Source: an uncultured Collinsella sp. (lineage in GTDB: Bacteria > Actinomycetota > Coriobacteriia > Coriobacteriales > Coriobacteriaceae). From it: a stretch of DNA of 64,000 nt. Location: contig URPJ01000010.1 in the NCBI GenBank assembly GCA_900549745.1, positions 5,220 to 69,219 of the forward strand, given 5' to 3'. Shown piece after piece: positions 44,508 through 55,621 of the stretch; positions within the stretch are counted from its first letter, which is position 1, and each line of letters begins with the position of its first letter. Made by a program: the position numbers and the translations under genes. The notes below the pieces were generated by a model that saw nothing but the letters and a program-made list of their open reading frames with translations, was not told the DNA's origin and made no database searches.

Positions 44508-44668
44508 GTTATCCGTCCTCTCGACAGCAGTGAATCAAACTGTCGTTCATGGTACACCCCGGCAATAAAAGCAATGAGACACCGGTTGTATTGCACGCCA
44601 AGAACAGATGTTGCACACGCGCAGCCCACAGATGACAGGTGCCGACGCACGACGCGCCGAGCCCTCCC

Positions 44669-45493
44669 CTAGTCGAGCACGACAAGCTCGGCGGGATCGT
44701 AATCCACGCCCATAAACGTAAGGCCGCAGGCAGGAGCCGTGGGGCCCGCAGCGGTACGGTCGCAAGCATCGATGACCTCGCGCATCCACTCGGGTTCACG
44801 GCGATGCATGCCAATCTCGACAAGCGTGCCCACGATCGTGCGGACCATCGAATGCAGAAACGCATTGCCCTCGATGGTAAACGTCAGGATGTCCTCGCCA
44901 AACGCAACCTCATGGCCAAACTCGGCACGCATCACGCAGCGGTGCGTGGGCTTGCCCACGGCAGACGCCACCTTGCAAAAGCTCTTGAAGTCCTGCTCGC
45001 CCAGCAGCGCGGGACAGGCCGCAGACATCGCCTCAACATCCAATGGGTAGCGATGCCACCACACCGCACCGCGCGAAAGCACAGGGCGCGCGTCGCGATC
45101 GGCAATACGGTACGTATACGTACGGGAACGCGCATCAAAGCGTGCAGAAAAGCCTTTACGGGCCTTGTAGACCTCGTTTATGGCGATATCTTTGGGCAGG
45201 AGGGCATCCATGGCCCTCAGCCACCTACGGCGCGTCAAAGCCAACTCAGCGTCCGTTACGGGCACGCTGATAAACTGTGCCACCGCATGCACGCCGGCAT
45301 CGGTACGTCCCGCACACGTCAGGTCGATCGGACGGCGCAGGAGCGTCTCAATAGCTCGACGTAGCTCACCCGCAACCGTCGTCTGTCCCGGCTGCTCGGC
45401 AAATCCGCTATACGACGAGCCATCATAGGCCACGCGAAATACGAGCGTGGCGTCAAGCTCGGAAATCGAATTGAAATCAGACGGCGCAGTCAT
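44669..45493 (-). CDS. truA: tRNA pseudouridine(38-40) synthase
   Basis: AYDGS, AGRTDAGVHA, FSARFDA, AFLHSMVR, TAPACGL. Confidence 0.96.
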   Translation of the reverse strand: MTAPSDFNSISELDATLVFRVAYDGSSYSGFAEQPGQTTVAGELRRAIETLLRRPIDLTCAGRTDAGVHAVAQFISVPVTDAELALTRRRWLRAMDALLPKDIAINEVYKARKGFSARFDARSRTYTYRIADRDARPVLSRGAVWWHRYPLDVEAMSAACPALLGEQDFKSFCKVASAVGKPTHRCVMRAEFGHEVAFGEDILTFTIEGNAFLHSMVRTIVGTLVEIGMHRREPEWMREVIDACDRTAAGPTAPACGLTFMGVDYDPAELVVLD

Positions 45494-45528
45494 GGGCGCT
45501 CCCAACAAACAAGCAACGGTATCGCGAC

Positions 45529-45559
45529 AAAAAAAGAGGGGTACGCGAACGTACCCCTC
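45529..45559 (-). terminator. Terminator of the alpha operon
   Basis: A7 run plus GAGGGGTACG/CGTACCCCTC stem. Confidence 0.8.
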
Positions 45560-45585
45560 GAATATAGCCTATGCAGACGGATTGT

Positions 45586-46053
45586 CTACTCAGCGGTCTC
45601 CTCAGCAGGAGCCTCCTCGGCAGCCTCGACCTTCTTGGGAGCAGCGGCCTTCTTGGGGGCCGGAGCAGCCTTCTTAGCCTTAGGCGTGCAAGGCTCGGTG
45701 ACGAGCTCCATGATAACGATGGGAGCGTTGTCGCCCTTGCGGTTACCGAGCTTCATGATGCGGGTGTAACCGCCGTTGCGGTCCTGCCACATGCCCTGAG
45801 CAGCCTTGTCGAAGATCTCGGCAACGAGCTGCTTATCGCCGAGCTTGGCGATAGCCAGACGACGAGAGTGCAGGTCGCCCTTCTTGGCCCAGGTGATGAT
45901 CGGATCGACGACCGAACGCAGCGCCTTAGCGCGGGTCTCGGTGGTCTTGATGCGGTCGTTCTCGAAGAGGGCCTTAGCAAGGCTCTTCTTCATGGCCTTG
46001 GTGTGGCTCGCATCGGTGCCGAGCTTCAGGCCCTTCTTAACGTTATGACGCAT
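45586..46053 (-). CDS. rplQ: 50S ribosomal protein L17
   Basis: MRH, IKTTETRAK, RNGGYTRI, RKGDNA. Confidence 0.97.
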   Translation of the reverse strand: MRHNVKKGLKLGTDASHTKAMKKSLAKALFENDRIKTTETRAKALRSVVDPIITWAKKGDLHSRRLAIAKLGDKQLVAEIFDKAAQGMWQDRNGGYTRIMKLGNRKGDNAPIVIMELVTEPCTPKAKKAAPAPKKAAAPKKVEAAEEAPAEETAE

Positions 46054-46083
46054 GGTCTAGTTTCTCCTCAAATATGCGAAGCA

Positions 46084-47025
46084 TTAAGCCTTCAGGCTCA
46101 GGCCCATGGACTCAAGCTTGTCCTTCACTTCCTCGATCGACTTAACACCGAAGTTACGGATGTTGAGCAGATCGTTCTCCGAGAACTCAACGAGCTGACG
46201 GACCGAGTGAATGCTGGCGCGCTTAAGGCAGTTGTAAGAACGGACGGAAAGGTCCAGATCCTCGATCTGCTTGTCCAGCTCAGCGTTGTCGTTGGTGACC
46301 TCGGGAGCGAAGATCGAAGCCTCCTCCTCGACCTCGGGGGTCTCGGCAAGGTTCATAAAGGCAGCCATATGCTGGTTAATGATATTGGCAGCCTGGACCA
46401 CGGCGTCGCGCGGGGCGATGGAGCCGTTGGTCTCGATCTCGAGGACAAGGCGGTCGTAGTCGGTGTGCTGACCGACACGGCAAGCCTCAACGAGCTTGGC
46501 GCAACGGGAAACCGGCGAGTACAGCGAGTCGACGTGGATCACACCGATGGGATCGTTGTCGCGTTTGTTGGCCTCGCCAGAAACATAGCCGCGGCCATAG
46601 CCGATGCGCATGCTCATGGTGAGATGGCCACCCTCGGTGAGCGTAGCGATGTGCTGCTCGGGGTTGACCAGCTCAAACTCGGACGGAATAAAGAAGTCCG
46701 CACCGGTGACCTCGCAGGGGCCGTCAACCGAAATGGTGGCGGTCGCCTCGTCGGTCGTGCCGAGAGCCCTGAAGACAAGACCCTTGACATTCAGGACGAT
46801 GTCGGTGACATCCTCGACCATGTTAGGGATGGTCATGAACTCGTGCTGCGCGCCATCAATCTGAATAGCCTCGACGGCGGCACCCTCGAGCGAGGACAGA
46901 AGAACGCGACGAAGGGAGTTACCCAGCGTATCGCCGTAGCCACGCTCGAGTGGCTCGACGGAGACACGAGCAGACGTCTCGTTGATCTCTTCGACCTGAA
47001 CCTGAGGCCTAATGAATTCTGACAT
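46084..47025 (-). CDS. rpoA: RNA polymerase alpha subunit
   Basis: EPLERGYGDTLGNSLRRVLLSS, LSVRSYNCLKR. Confidence 0.98.
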   Translation of the reverse strand: MSEFIRPQVQVEEINETSARVSVEPLERGYGDTLGNSLRRVLLSSLEGAAVEAIQIDGAQHEFMTIPNMVEDVTDIVLNVKGLVFRALGTTDEATATISVDGPCEVTGADFFIPSEFELVNPEQHIATLTEGGHLTMSMRIGYGRGYVSGEANKRDNDPIGVIHVDSLYSPVSRCAKLVEACRVGQHTDYDRLVLEIETNGSIAPRDAVVQAANIINQHMAAFMNLAETPEVEEEASIFAPEVTNDNAELDKQIEDLDLSVRSYNCLKRASIHSVRQLVEFSENDLLNIRNFGVKSIEEVKDKLESMGLSLKA

Positions 47026-47057
47026 GTATTACCTCCAGCCTCAGCAGCCCGGATGGA

Positions 47058-47654
47058 CTACTTAGAGTAGAGCTCGACGATGAGCTGCTCGTTGATATCA
47101 CCGCTGATCTGCTCACGCGTCGGCAGAGCGAGCACGTTACCAGACAGCTTCTCGATATCGACCTCGAGCCAGCCAGGGACCTCAAAGCGCTCGGAGGAAA
47201 TCAGAGCCTCCTTGATGGGGAGGAGGTCACGGAACTTCTCGCCGACAGCGACGACGTCGCCGGCCTTGACGCGGTAGGACGGGATGTCCACGCGCTTGCC
47301 GTTCACGGTGAAGTGACCGTGACGGACGGACTGACGAGCCTCTTTGCGGGTGCGGGCGAAGCCAAGACGGAAGACGACGTTGTCGAGGCGAGACTCAAGA
47401 ATGATCATGAGGTTCTCACCGGTGACGCCGTTCATCTTACGGGCCTTGTTGAAGTAGCCGTGGAACTGCTTCTCCAGAACGCCATAGATGAACTTGACCT
47501 TCTGCTTCTCGCGCAGCTGCATGCCGTACTCAGATTCCTTGCGACGGCGCTTGGGCTGACGGATAGATTCCTTCTTGCTGCTGTAACCGAGCTCAGCGGG
47601 ATCGATCCCGAGCTGACGGCAGCGCTTAAGAACAGGAGTCCTGTCGATTGCCAT
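47058..47654 (-). CDS. rpsD: 30S ribosomal protein S4
   Basis: SEYGMQLREKQK, LESRLDNVVFR, LIVELYSK. Confidence 0.98.
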   Translation of the reverse strand: MAIDRTPVLKRCRQLGIDPAELGYSSKKESIRQPKRRRKESEYGMQLREKQKVKFIYGVLEKQFHGYFNKARKMNGVTGENLMIILESRLDNVVFRLGFARTRKEARQSVRHGHFTVNGKRVDIPSYRVKAGDVVAVGEKFRDLLPIKEALISSERFEVPGWLEVDIEKLSGNVLALPTREQISGDINEQLIVELYSK

Positions 47655-47673
47655 ATTGATACGATCCTTTCAG

Positions 47674-48078
47674 TTACACGCGGCGACGCTTCTTGGGGCG
47701 GCAGCCGTTGTGCGGAATGGGGGTCTTGTCCTGGATGCTCGAGACCTCGAGGCCAGCAGCCTGGAGGGAGCGGATGGCGGTCTCACGACCGGAGCCGGGG
47801 CCCTTGACGAAGACGGAAACCTTCTTCATACCGTGCTCCATGGCCTGCTTGGCAGCAGCCTCGGCAGCCATCTGAGCAGCGAACGGCGTGGACTTACGGG
47901 AGCCCTTGAAGCCCACCTGGCCAGCCGACTTCCAGGAAATGACGTTGCCCTGGGGATCGGTGATCGAAACGATCGTGTTGTTGAACGTAGAACGAATGTG
48001 AGCCTGGCCCACGGAAATGTTCTTACGGTCCGCGCGCTTCAGACGGGCAGCGCGAACGTTCTTCTTAGCAGTAGCCAT
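47674..48078 (-). CDS. rpsK: 30S ribosomal protein S11
   Basis: [29 protein letters not shown]. Confidence 0.98.
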   Translation of the reverse strand: MATAKKNVRAARLKRADRKNISVGQAHIRSTFNNTIVSITDPQGNVISWKSAGQVGFKGSRKSTPFAAQMAAEAAAKQAMEHGMKKVSVFVKGPGSGRETAIRSLQAAGLEVSSIQDKTPIPHNGCRPKKRRRV

Positions 48079-48092
48079 CTATCTAGCGCTCC

Positions 48093-48467
48093 TTATTTCT
48101 TCTTCTTAGCACCGATCTGACGCTTCGGGCCCTTGCGGGTACGAGCGTTAGTGTGGGTGCGCTGGCCGCGGACCGGGAGGCCCTTGCGGTGACGAAGGCC
48201 GCGGTTGCAGCCGATGTCCATAAGGCGCTTGACGTTCTGGTTGCGCTCACGGCGGAGGTCGCCCTCAACCATGATCTGGTTCTTGTCGATATAATCGCGG
48301 ATGGCGTTAACCTCATCCTCGGTGAGGTCCTTAACGCGCGTATCCACGTTAACGTTGCACTCGACGCAAATCTTCGTCGCAGTGGTGCGGCCGATGCCGT
48401 AAATGTAGGTCAGACCGATCTCAACGCGCTTCTCACGCGGGAGGTCGACACCATTAATACGGGCCAA
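48093..48467 (-). CDS. rpsM: 30S ribosomal protein S13
   Basis: [29 protein letters not shown] start. Confidence 0.98.
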   Translation of the reverse strand: MARINGVDLPREKRVEIGLTYIYGIGRTTATKICVECNVNVDTRVKDLTEDEVNAIRDYIDKNQIMVEGDLRRERNQNVKRLMDIGCNRGLRHRKGLPVRGQRTHTNARTRKGPKRQIGAKKKK

Positions 48468-48481
48468 CGTAGTCTCCTCTC

Positions 48482-48595
48482 TTAACCCTGACGCTGCTTA
48501 TGACGGGGGTTCTCGCAAATGACGAGGACCTTGCCATGGCGCCTAATGATTTTGCACTTATCGCACATCTTCTTGACCGAAGGACGTACCTTCAT
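48482..48595 (-). CDS. rpmJ: 50S ribosomal protein L36
   Basis: Read manually: [37 protein letters not shown]. Confidence 0.97.
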   Translation of the reverse strand: MKVRPSVKKMCDKCKIIRRHGKVLVICENPRHKQRQG

Positions 48596-48745
48596 CGTTC
48601 TTCCTTTCGGTAGCGCTCAAACTACTTCCCTACTATCTACTCGCCCAGCCGCAGGCGTTTAAAACTATGGCTGGTCTTCACACACAATCCGACCGTAGGT
48701 TGAGCTAAGCCTGCAGTCGGAAATGGAGTGCGTGTATACGTGCCG

Positions 48746-48964
48746 CTATTTGTAGCGATAGGTGATGCGGCCGCGGGTCAGGTCGTACGGGGAAAGCTCC
48801 ACGACAACCCTGTCACCGGGGAGAATACGGATGTAATTCATTCGGATCTTGCCAGAAATGTTGCACAGAACCGAATGACCGTTCTCGAGCTCGACCTTAA
48901 ACATGGCGTTGGGCAACGGTTCCTTTACCGTACCCTCGAGCTCAATTGCGTCTTCCTTCTTCAC
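48746..48964 (-). CDS. infA: Translation initiation factor IF-1
   Basis: [31 protein letters not shown]. Probable GTG start at 48964. Confidence 0.97.
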   Translation of the reverse strand: MKKEDAIELEGTVKEPLPNAMFKVELENGHSVLCNISGKIRMNYIRILPGDRVVVELSPYDLTRGRITYRYK

Positions 48965-49068
48965 AAGCAATCATCTTTCTCTAGAAAACGACAGCGATTG
49001 AGTATTCTACAACACGTATGCACGCATCGTAATAACTTCGTAATGGCTCCACAACTAAGTGGAACTTG

Positions 49069-49857
49069 TTACATTTCTCCGCCTTGGAGCGAACACCAAG
49101 CACCTTGGGCATCCGTGGTCAGAATCACCGGACCGTCATTGGTAATGGCGACGGTGTTCTCGTAGTGCGCGGCGGGCAGGTGGTCGTTGGTCGTAACAAT
49201 CCAACCGTCGGAGCCCGTGCTCACATGGTTGGAACCCATCGTAACCATCGGCTCGATGGCAATGACCATGCCGGCCTGGAGGCGAACGCCCCTCCCCTTC
49301 TTTCCGTAGTTAGGAACGTTGGGGTCCTCGTGCATCACGCGGCCAATGCCATGGCCAACATAATCACGAAGCACGCCGTAACCGTGAGACTCGGCGAGGG
49401 ACTGAACGGCATAACCGACGTCCCCGATATGGTTACCGGGAACAGCCTGCTCGATGGCAGCCTTAAGGCAATCACGCGTGACCTCGCACAAAGCCTTGGC
49501 TTCGGGCGTGGGGGTGCCGACGAAAAACGTCCATGCGTTATCGCCGACCCAACCGTCGACAACGGCTCCCGTATCGATGGAGATGATATCGCCATCGCGC
49601 AGGATCATGTCAGGGTTGGGAATACCGTGGACCACGGCATCGTTGATCGATGCGCAAATGGTCCCCGGGAACCCGCCGTAACCCTTAAAGGCAGGGGTGC
49701 CGCCATGCATGCGGATAATCTGCTCCGCGAGCTGATCGAGCTCAAAAGTCGAAACGCCGGGGCGCACCATGGCTCCAACGTGGCGGAGCGCCATCTTAGA
49801 TAGCGCTCCTGCCTTCTTCATCTGCTCGATTTGCGTTGCAGACTTAATCTTGATCAT
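49069..49857 (-). CDS. map: Type I methionyl aminopeptidase
   Basis: VVHGIP, GHGIG, HEDP, IEPM, HYENT. Confidence 0.97.
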   Translation of the reverse strand: MIKIKSATQIEQMKKAGALSKMALRHVGAMVRPGVSTFELDQLAEQIIRMHGGTPAFKGYGGFPGTICASINDAVVHGIPNPDMILRDGDIISIDTGAVVDGWVGDNAWTFFVGTPTPEAKALCEVTRDCLKAAIEQAVPGNHIGDVGYAVQSLAESHGYGVLRDYVGHGIGRVMHEDPNVPNYGKKGRGVRLQAGMVIAIEPMVTMGSNHVSTGSDGWIVTTNDHLPAAHYENTVAITNDGPVILTTDAQGAWCSLQGGEM

Positions 49858-50480
49858 AGACCGAGAGCCTCTTTGACATCCCCGTACACGGTCTCGCGAG
49901 CCTGGTCACCGTTGACCGACTTGAGCAGACCCTGGCCACGATAGTAGTCGACGAGCGGGCTCGTGGACTTCTCGTAGACGTCGAGACGGTTCTTGATGGT
50001 CTCGGGCTTGTCGTCGTCGCGCTGATACATCTCGCCTGCGCACTTGGGGCAGGTGGCATCGGCAGCGGTGCCGGTGTAACCGCAGGCGCGGCAGGTGCGA
50101 CGCGAAGACAGACGATCGATAATGACCTCGGGGGCCACATCGACCAGAAGGGCACAGTCGATCTCGCGACCCATGGCGGAAAGCTCGGAATCGAGCGTCA
50201 CAGCCTGGGCGGTGTTGCGCGGGAAGCCGTCGAGGATGAAGCCCTGCTGGGCGTCATCGGCGGCAAGGCGCTCCTTGACAAGGTCGATCACGAGCTGGTC
50301 GGGAACGAGCTCGCCAGCGTCCATGTACTTCTTAGCCTGAATACCAAGCTCGGTGCCACCCTTGACGGCAGCACGCAACAGGTCGCCCGTGGAAATATGG
50401 GCGACGCCAAACTCGGCGACGAGCTCCTGTGCGACGGTGCCCTTACCGGCACCCGGAGCTCCGAGCAATACGAGGTTCAT
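49854..50480 (-). CDS. adk: Adenylate kinase
   Basis: GAPGAGKGT, LDGFPR, Zn-lid CxxC...CxxC. Confidence 0.97.
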   Translation of the reverse strand: MNLVLLGAPGAGKGTVAQELVAEFGVAHISTGDLLRAAVKGGTELGIQAKKYMDAGELVPDQLVIDLVKERLAADDAQQGFILDGFPRNTAQAVTLDSELSAMGREIDCALLVDVAPEVIIDRLSSRRTCRACGYTGTAADATCPKCAGEMYQRDDDKPETIKNRLDVYEKSTSPLVDYYRGQGLLKSVNGDQARETVYGDVKEALGL

Positions 50481-50498
50481 GAGCAATCCTCCTCTAGC

Positions 50499-51785
50499 CT
50501 ATTTAAAGAATCCATCGTAATCATACATCTTGATCTGGCCTTCGAGCTTATCGACCGTGTCGAGCACGACGCCGACCATGATGAGGATGGACGTGCCGCC
50601 AAATGCCTGGATCAGATGGTTACCCGTGAAGGAGAAGATGATCGAAGGCACGATGGCGATGAGCGCCAAAAAGACAGCGCTAGGAAGCGTGATCTTGTTG
50701 AGCGCGTTCTTGATGTAGGCCGCGGTAGCCCTACCCGGACGCACGCCCGGAATAAAGCCGCCCTGCTTCTTAAGGTTATCGGCCGTGTCATCGGGGTTGA
50801 ACACCATGGAGGTGTAGAAGTACGCGAAGAACACGATGAGGACAACGTTAAGCACCCAGTTGAGCCAACCGGTCGAAAGCGCGGAGGCAACTGCCTGAAT
50901 CCAGCCGATGCCGGGGAAGAACACGGCAATCTGAGCGGGGAAGTACAGCAGCGCCGAAGCGAAGATGATCGGCACGACACCCGCGGTGTTGACCTTGATG
51001 GGCAGGTAGGTGGTCTGGCCACCCATCATGCGACGGCCCACGACGCGTTTGGCGTAGGAGACCGGGATGCGGCGCTGGCCGCGCTCAAGGAAAACAATCA
51101 GCGGGATAACCAGCAAAATGATGGCGCAGATGATCACCATGGTGATGATACCACCGGCATTGCCCTCGGTGCTGGAGAAGATAGCCTGCGGCAGGCCGGC
51201 CATGATGTTCGCAAAGATGATCAGCGACATGCCATTGCCGATACCGCGCTGGGTGATGAGCTCACCAATCCACATGATCAGCATGGCACCCGCAGTGAGC
51301 GTGCCGACGATCATGAGGTCGAAGATGATCTCGGGAGCGCCGGCGCCATTGAAGCTGATGCCGAAGCTCTTAAAGAGGAAGAGGTAACCCACGGAGTTGA
51401 GGATTGCCAGAGCCAGGGTGAGGTAACGCGAATACTGCGTGATCTTGGTCTGACCGACCTCGCCCTCGCGGGCAAGCTCATGCAGGGAAGGCACAACGGC
51501 CTGGAGCATCTGGAGGATGATCGAGCTGGTGATGTAAGGCATGATGCCCAGCGAAAACACCGACACATAGCTCAACGCGCCGCCAGAGAAAAGATTCAGG
51601 AGGGCCATAGCACCTGCGGCGACCGAATTGTTATCGGTCGAGAAAAGGCCCAGCATCCCCTGGAAGGGAATGCCGGGCACAGGAACGTGCGCACCAATGC
51701 GGTACACGACGAGCATAGCTATGGTAAAAAGAATCTTTTCGCGCAATTCTTTGATGCGGAAAGCATTCTTAAGACCATTTAGCAC
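50499..51785 (-). CDS. secY: Preprotein translocase SecY
   Basis: [34 protein letters not shown]. Confidence 0.98.
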   Translation of the reverse strand: MLNGLKNAFRIKELREKILFTIAMLVVYRIGAHVPVPGIPFQGMLGLFSTDNNSVAAGAMALLNLFSGGALSYVSVFSLGIMPYITSSIILQMLQAVVPSLHELAREGEVGQTKITQYSRYLTLALAILNSVGYLFLFKSFGISFNGAGAPEIIFDLMIVGTLTAGAMLIMWIGELITQRGIGNGMSLIIFANIMAGLPQAIFSSTEGNAGGIITMVIICAIILLVIPLIVFLERGQRRIPVSYAKRVVGRRMMGGQTTYLPIKVNTAGVVPIIFASALLYFPAQIAVFFPGIGWIQAVASALSTGWLNWVLNVVLIVFFAYFYTSMVFNPDDTADNLKKQGGFIPGVRPGRATAAYIKNALNKITLPSAVFLALIAIVPSIIFSFTGNHLIQAFGGTSILIMVGVVLDTVDKLEGQIKMYDYDGFFK

Positions 51786-52228
51786 GGCAGCTCGACCTTT
51801 CCGCCGGCGGCCTCGATCTTGGCCTGCGCAGAAGCGCTGACCTTGTCGACCTTGACCGTGAACTTCTTGGTGAGCTCACCATTGCCGAGCACCTTGACGG
51901 GCTCGAACTCGCTCTTGGTGATGCGAGCGGCCTTAAGAGCGGCACCGTCGATCACAGCGCCGTCCTCGAACTTACGCTCGAGACGCTCAACGTTAACAGC
52001 GGTGTACTCGATACGACGGGGGTTACGGAAGCCCGGAAGCTTGGGCAGGCGCATAGCCAGCGGAGTCTGGCCACCCTCGAAGCCGGCACCCTTGGTGCCG
52101 CCAGAGCGGGAACCCTGGCCCTTCTGACCGCGGCCAGAAGTGGTGCCGTGACCCGAAGAATTGCCACGGCCGACGCGCTTGCGGTTCTTGGTGGAACCGG
52201 GCGCGGGAGTAAGATCGTGAAGCTGCAT
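51779..52228 (-). CDS. rplO: 50S ribosomal protein L15
   Basis: [14 protein letters not shown]. Confidence 0.98.
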   Translation of the reverse strand: MQLHDLTPAPGSTKNRKRVGRGNSSGHGTTSGRGQKGQGSRSGGTKGAGFEGGQTPLAMRLPKLPGFRNPRRIEYTAVNVERLERKFEDGAVIDGAALKAARITKSEFEPVKVLGNGELTKKFTVKVDKVSASAQAKIEAAGGKVELPC

Positions 52229-52231
52229 TTG

Positions 52232-52414
52232 CTACTCCTCTACAATCTCGACAAGGTGCTTGACCTTGAAGATCATGCCGCGGACGGACTCGTTGTCAGC
52301 AATCTCGCGAACCTCGCGGATCCTGTGGAGACCGAGGGCACGGACAGTACGGACCTGGTCCTGCTTGCAACCGTTGGTGCTGCGGACCTGCTTGATCTTG
52401 ATGGTGTCAGCCAT
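52232..52414 (-). CDS. rpmD: 50S ribosomal protein L30
   Basis: IKIKQVRS, RGMIFKVKHLV, operon position. Confidence 0.96.
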   Translation of the reverse strand: MADTIKIKQVRSTNGCKQDQVRTVRALGLHRIREVREIADNESVRGMIFKVKHLVEIVEE

Positions 52415-52416
52415 GC

Positions 52417-52941
52417 TTAGTTCTCCTTACCGACGAACATCTCGGAGACCGTCAGGCCACGGCGAGCCGCGACGTCCTCAGGGCTGGAGAGCTCCTTGAG
52501 GCCCTCGACGGCAGCCTTGATGATGTTGAGGCCGTTGTCGGTACCGAGGGACTTGGACAGGACGTTCTTGATGCCAGCAAGCTCGAAGAGGGGACGCACA
52601 GCGCCGCCGGCGATAACGCCGGTACCCTCGACAGCGGGCTTGATGATGATGCGGCCGGCACCAAAGTGGCCGAGAACCTCGTGCGGGATGGTGCCCTGAT
52701 CGGTCACCGGCACGTGGAACATGTTCTTCTTGGCATCGAGAGACGCCTTGGAGATGGCCATGGGCACCTCAGCGGACTTGCCCATGCCAACGCCGACGTT
52801 GCCCTTGCCGTCGCCAACGACGACGAGAGCGACGAGGCTCATGCGACGACCACCCTTGACGGTCTTCGACACGCGGTTGATGTAAACGACGCGCTCCTCG
52901 AACTCGGAGGCCTCGCGCTGCTGCTTCTGATTACGAGCCAT
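52417..52941 (-). CDS. rpsE: 30S ribosomal protein S5
   Basis: [20 protein letters not shown]. Confidence 0.98.
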   Translation of the reverse strand: MARNQKQQREASEFEERVVYINRVSKTVKGGRRMSLVALVVVGDGKGNVGVGMGKSAEVPMAISKASLDAKKNMFHVPVTDQGTIPHEVLGHFGAGRIIIKPAVEGTGVIAGGAVRPLFELAGIKNVLSKSLGTDNGLNIIKAAVEGLKELSSPEDVAARRGLTVSEMFVGKEN

Positions 52942-52955
52942 GTGCTACATACCTC

Positions 52956-53324
52956 CTAGAACTCGAGACCGGCGGCACGAGCACCGTCGGCGAGGGCCTT
53001 GACGCGGCCATGGTAGATACGGCCACCGCGATCGAAGGCGACCTTGGTGATGCCGGCCTCGATGGCGCGCTTGCCAACGAGCTGACCGACCTTCTCCGCA
53101 GCCTCCTTGTTCGAGGTGTGGGTGCCCTTGAACTCGGCCTCGAGGGTCGAGGCAGAGACGAGCGTCAGGCTGGAGCCCTTGCTGTCGTCGATGATCTGGG
53201 CATAGATGTTGGCGTTAGTACGGGTCACGCGAAGACGCGGACGCTCGGAGGTACCCGAGACCTTGCCGCGAACACGACGCTGACGACGCTTGAGGCCTTC
53301 CAGCTTCGCCTTATGCTTGTTCAT
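52956..53324 (-). CDS. rplR: 50S ribosomal protein L18
   Basis: RPRL, FDRGG..YHGRV. Confidence 0.98.
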   Translation of the reverse strand: MNKHKAKLEGLKRRQRRVRGKVSGTSERPRLRVTRTNANIYAQIIDDSKGSSLTLVSASTLEAEFKGTHTSNKEAAEKVGQLVGKRAIEAGITKVAFDRGGRIYHGRVKALADGARAAGLEF

Positions 53325-53399
53325 ACGTAAACTCCTAAAAAGGTTGATCTTGCCAGCACCTGACGGGGTGCTGGTCTTATGCGAGTGAGTCGGTTACGA

Positions 53400-53936
53400 C
53401 TACTTGGCGGCCTTACCCAGCTTGCGGCGGATGTGCTCGCCAACGTAGTGGATACCCTTGCCCTTGTAAGGCTCGGGAGGACGATGGCCGCGGATCTCAG
53501 CGGCGATCTGACCGACCTGCTGCTTGTTGATACCCTTGACGTTCACGTGGGTGTTGTCGGGAACCTCGAAGGTGATGCCCTCGGGAGCCTCGACGATCAC
53601 GGGGTGCGAGAAGCCCAGGGAGAACTCGAGGTTCTTGCCCTTCTGCTGCACGCGGTAACCGACGCCGGCGAGCTCGAGCTTCTTCTCGAAGCCCTCGGAA
53701 ACGCCAACAACCATGTTGTGGATGAGGGCGCGGGTGAGGCCGTGGCGGGCACGGGTCTCACGCTCGTCGTCGGGACGGGAAACGGTGAGGACGTTGTCCT
53801 CGACGTTGATAGCGAGCTTCTCAAAGACATCGAGCTCGAGCTGGCCCTTGGGGCCCTTGACGACAACGTTGTTGCCGTTGACTGCCACTTCGACTCCGGC
53901 GGGAATCTGGACAGGCTTATTACCGATACGAGACAC
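53400..53936 (-). CDS. rplF: 50S ribosomal protein L6
   Basis: [18 protein letters not shown]. Confidence 0.98.
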   Translation of the reverse strand: MSRIGNKPVQIPAGVEVAVNGNNVVVKGPKGQLELDVFEKLAINVEDNVLTVSRPDDERETRARHGLTRALIHNMVVGVSEGFEKKLELAGVGYRVQQKGKNLEFSLGFSHPVIVEAPEGITFEVPDNTHVNVKGINKQQVGQIAAEIRGHRPPEPYKGKGIHYVGEHIRRKLGKAAK

Positions 53937-53969
53937 GGTGATCTCCTTTCCTTCTACCTACCGAGCGAA

Positions 53970-54368
53970 TTACCAGACGTAAGCGATGATCTCGCCGCCG
54001 ACGTTGTGCTTGCGAGCATCGCGGTCGGTCATGACGCCATGGCTGGTGGAAATAATGGCGGTACCAAGGCCACCGCGGACGCGGGGCATGTCGGCAACGC
54101 CGGTGTACTTACGCAGGCCCGGCTTGGAAATGCGGCGGATGCCGTTGATGACCTTAGCCTTCTTGGGACCATACTTAAGCGTGATGTGCAGAGTCTTCTG
54201 GGGAACGGTGTCCTCGACATCGTAGCCCTCGATGTAGCCCTCCTCGTGCAGAACACGAGCGATCTCGACGAGCTTCTTGCTGCTCGGCATGGAGACCGTG
54301 GCCTTGTTCACAGAGTTAGCGTTACGGATGCGCGTAAGCATATCTGCGATCGGGTCTGTAAGGTTCAT
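53970..54368 (-). CDS. rpsH: 30S ribosomal protein S8
   Basis: [23 protein letters not shown]. Confidence 0.98.
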   Translation of the reverse strand: MNLTDPIADMLTRIRNANSVNKATVSMPSSKKLVEIARVLHEEGYIEGYDVEDTVPQKTLHITLKYGPKKAKVINGIRRISKPGLRKYTGVADMPRVRGGLGTAIISTSHGVMTDRDARKHNVGGEIIAYVW

Positions 54369-54487
54369 ACAGATTCTCCTTCGTTCTTGATGAACACGTG
54401 CTCTTGGTTCTTCGCCGCCCTTAACGGCAAAGCCTTTTTAGCGCGTTTTCCCTGTTCCAAACTGATGCTTGAAACGCTGGTAGTGAC

Positions 54488-54673
54488 TTACCAGCTGGCC
54501 TTCTTAACGCCGGGAAGCTCGCCCTTGAGTGCAAGCTCGCGGAAGCAGACACGGCACAGGCCGAACTTGCGGTACACAGAGTGCGGACGGCCGCAGCGCT
54601 GGCAGCGCGTGTACTCACGAGTAGAGAACTTCTGCTTGCGATTGCACTTGACGATCATCGATGTCTTAGCCAC
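54488..54673 (-). CDS. rpsN: 30S ribosomal protein S14, type Z (Zn-binding)
   Basis: RCQRCGR...LCRVCFRE, 61 aa. Confidence 0.97.
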   Translation of the reverse strand: MAKTSMIVKCNRKQKFSTREYTRCQRCGRPHSVYRKFGLCRVCFRELALKGELPGVKKASW

Positions 54674-54752
54674 TTATATCCTCCTCACATAGAGTATTGT
54701 TCGCCCCAAGCGCCGCCCCCTTGTGGGAACGGCGCTTATAGGGCAGGTGAAC

Positions 54753-55310
54753 CTATTTCTTGAACGGGAAACCGAAGGCGTCCAGAAGGGCCTTGGCCTC
54801 CTCATCGGTATTGGCGGTGGTCACGAAAGTGATGTCCATACCGCGCTGGTGATCGACGGAATCGAAGTCGATCTCGGGGAAGATGAGCTGCTCGGTGACG
54901 CCCATGGAGAAGTTACCACGGCCGTCGAAGCTCTTGGCGGAGATGCCGCGGAAGTCGCGGATACGGGGGATCGCGACGGAGGTCAGACGATCGAAGAACT
55001 CCCACATACGGTCGCCACGCAGGGTAACCTTGCAGCCGATCGGCATACCAGCGCGCAGGCGGAAGGTAGCGATGGACTTGCGGGCACGGGTGATCATCGG
55101 CTGCTGGCCGGTGATGGCGCGCAGGTCGCGCACGGCACCGTCGATGGCCTTGGAATCGGTAGCGGCCTCGCCGACACCCATGTTCACGACAATCTTCTCA
55201 AACTTGGGGATCATCATGACGTTCTCGTACTGGAACTTGTCCTGAAGCTGCTGCTTGACCTCGTTGTTGTACTTGGTCTTCAGACGCGGCACATACTTCT
55301 CTTCTGCCAT
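54753..55310 (-). CDS. rplE: 50S ribosomal protein L5
   Basis: [23 protein letters not shown]. Confidence 0.98.
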   Translation of the reverse strand: MAEEKYVPRLKTKYNNEVKQQLQDKFQYENVMMIPKFEKIVVNMGVGEAATDSKAIDGAVRDLRAITGQQPMITRARKSIATFRLRAGMPIGCKVTLRGDRMWEFFDRLTSVAIPRIRDFRGISAKSFDGRGNFSMGVTEQLIFPEIDFDSVDHQRGMDITFVTTANTDEEAKALLDAFGFPFKK

Positions 55311-55537
55311 TGTTCACTCCTTCTTGGGGTTTTAAGCACGGGGCGTGGCCACGATGGGTTGTCCTCGTGCCTCCTGGCTGCATCCGCGCCGCTCATGGCA
55401 TTTTGCGGTTTGGACTCGACACAGCAGGAGCCGACAAAACAATCGGTACTATACGCGCATCGGGAGTGTATTTCCAGAAAAACCTCGTCTGCCTGCACAA
55501 CTCCACAACTCCCCCGCACAAATGGGTCCAAAAAAGC

Positions 55538-55604
55538 TGTTGCGGTGAAATAGGGACTGTTTGGCGGCCTAACAGGCTTAAACAATCCGTATTTCACCGC
55601 AACT
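55538..55604. repeat. 67-bp palindromic dispersed repeat, copy 2
   Basis: TGTTGCGGTGAAATAGGGACTGTTT...AAACAATCCGTATTTCACCGCAACT. Confidence 0.9.
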
Positions 55605-55621
55605 TATTGGTGGGGATGCGA

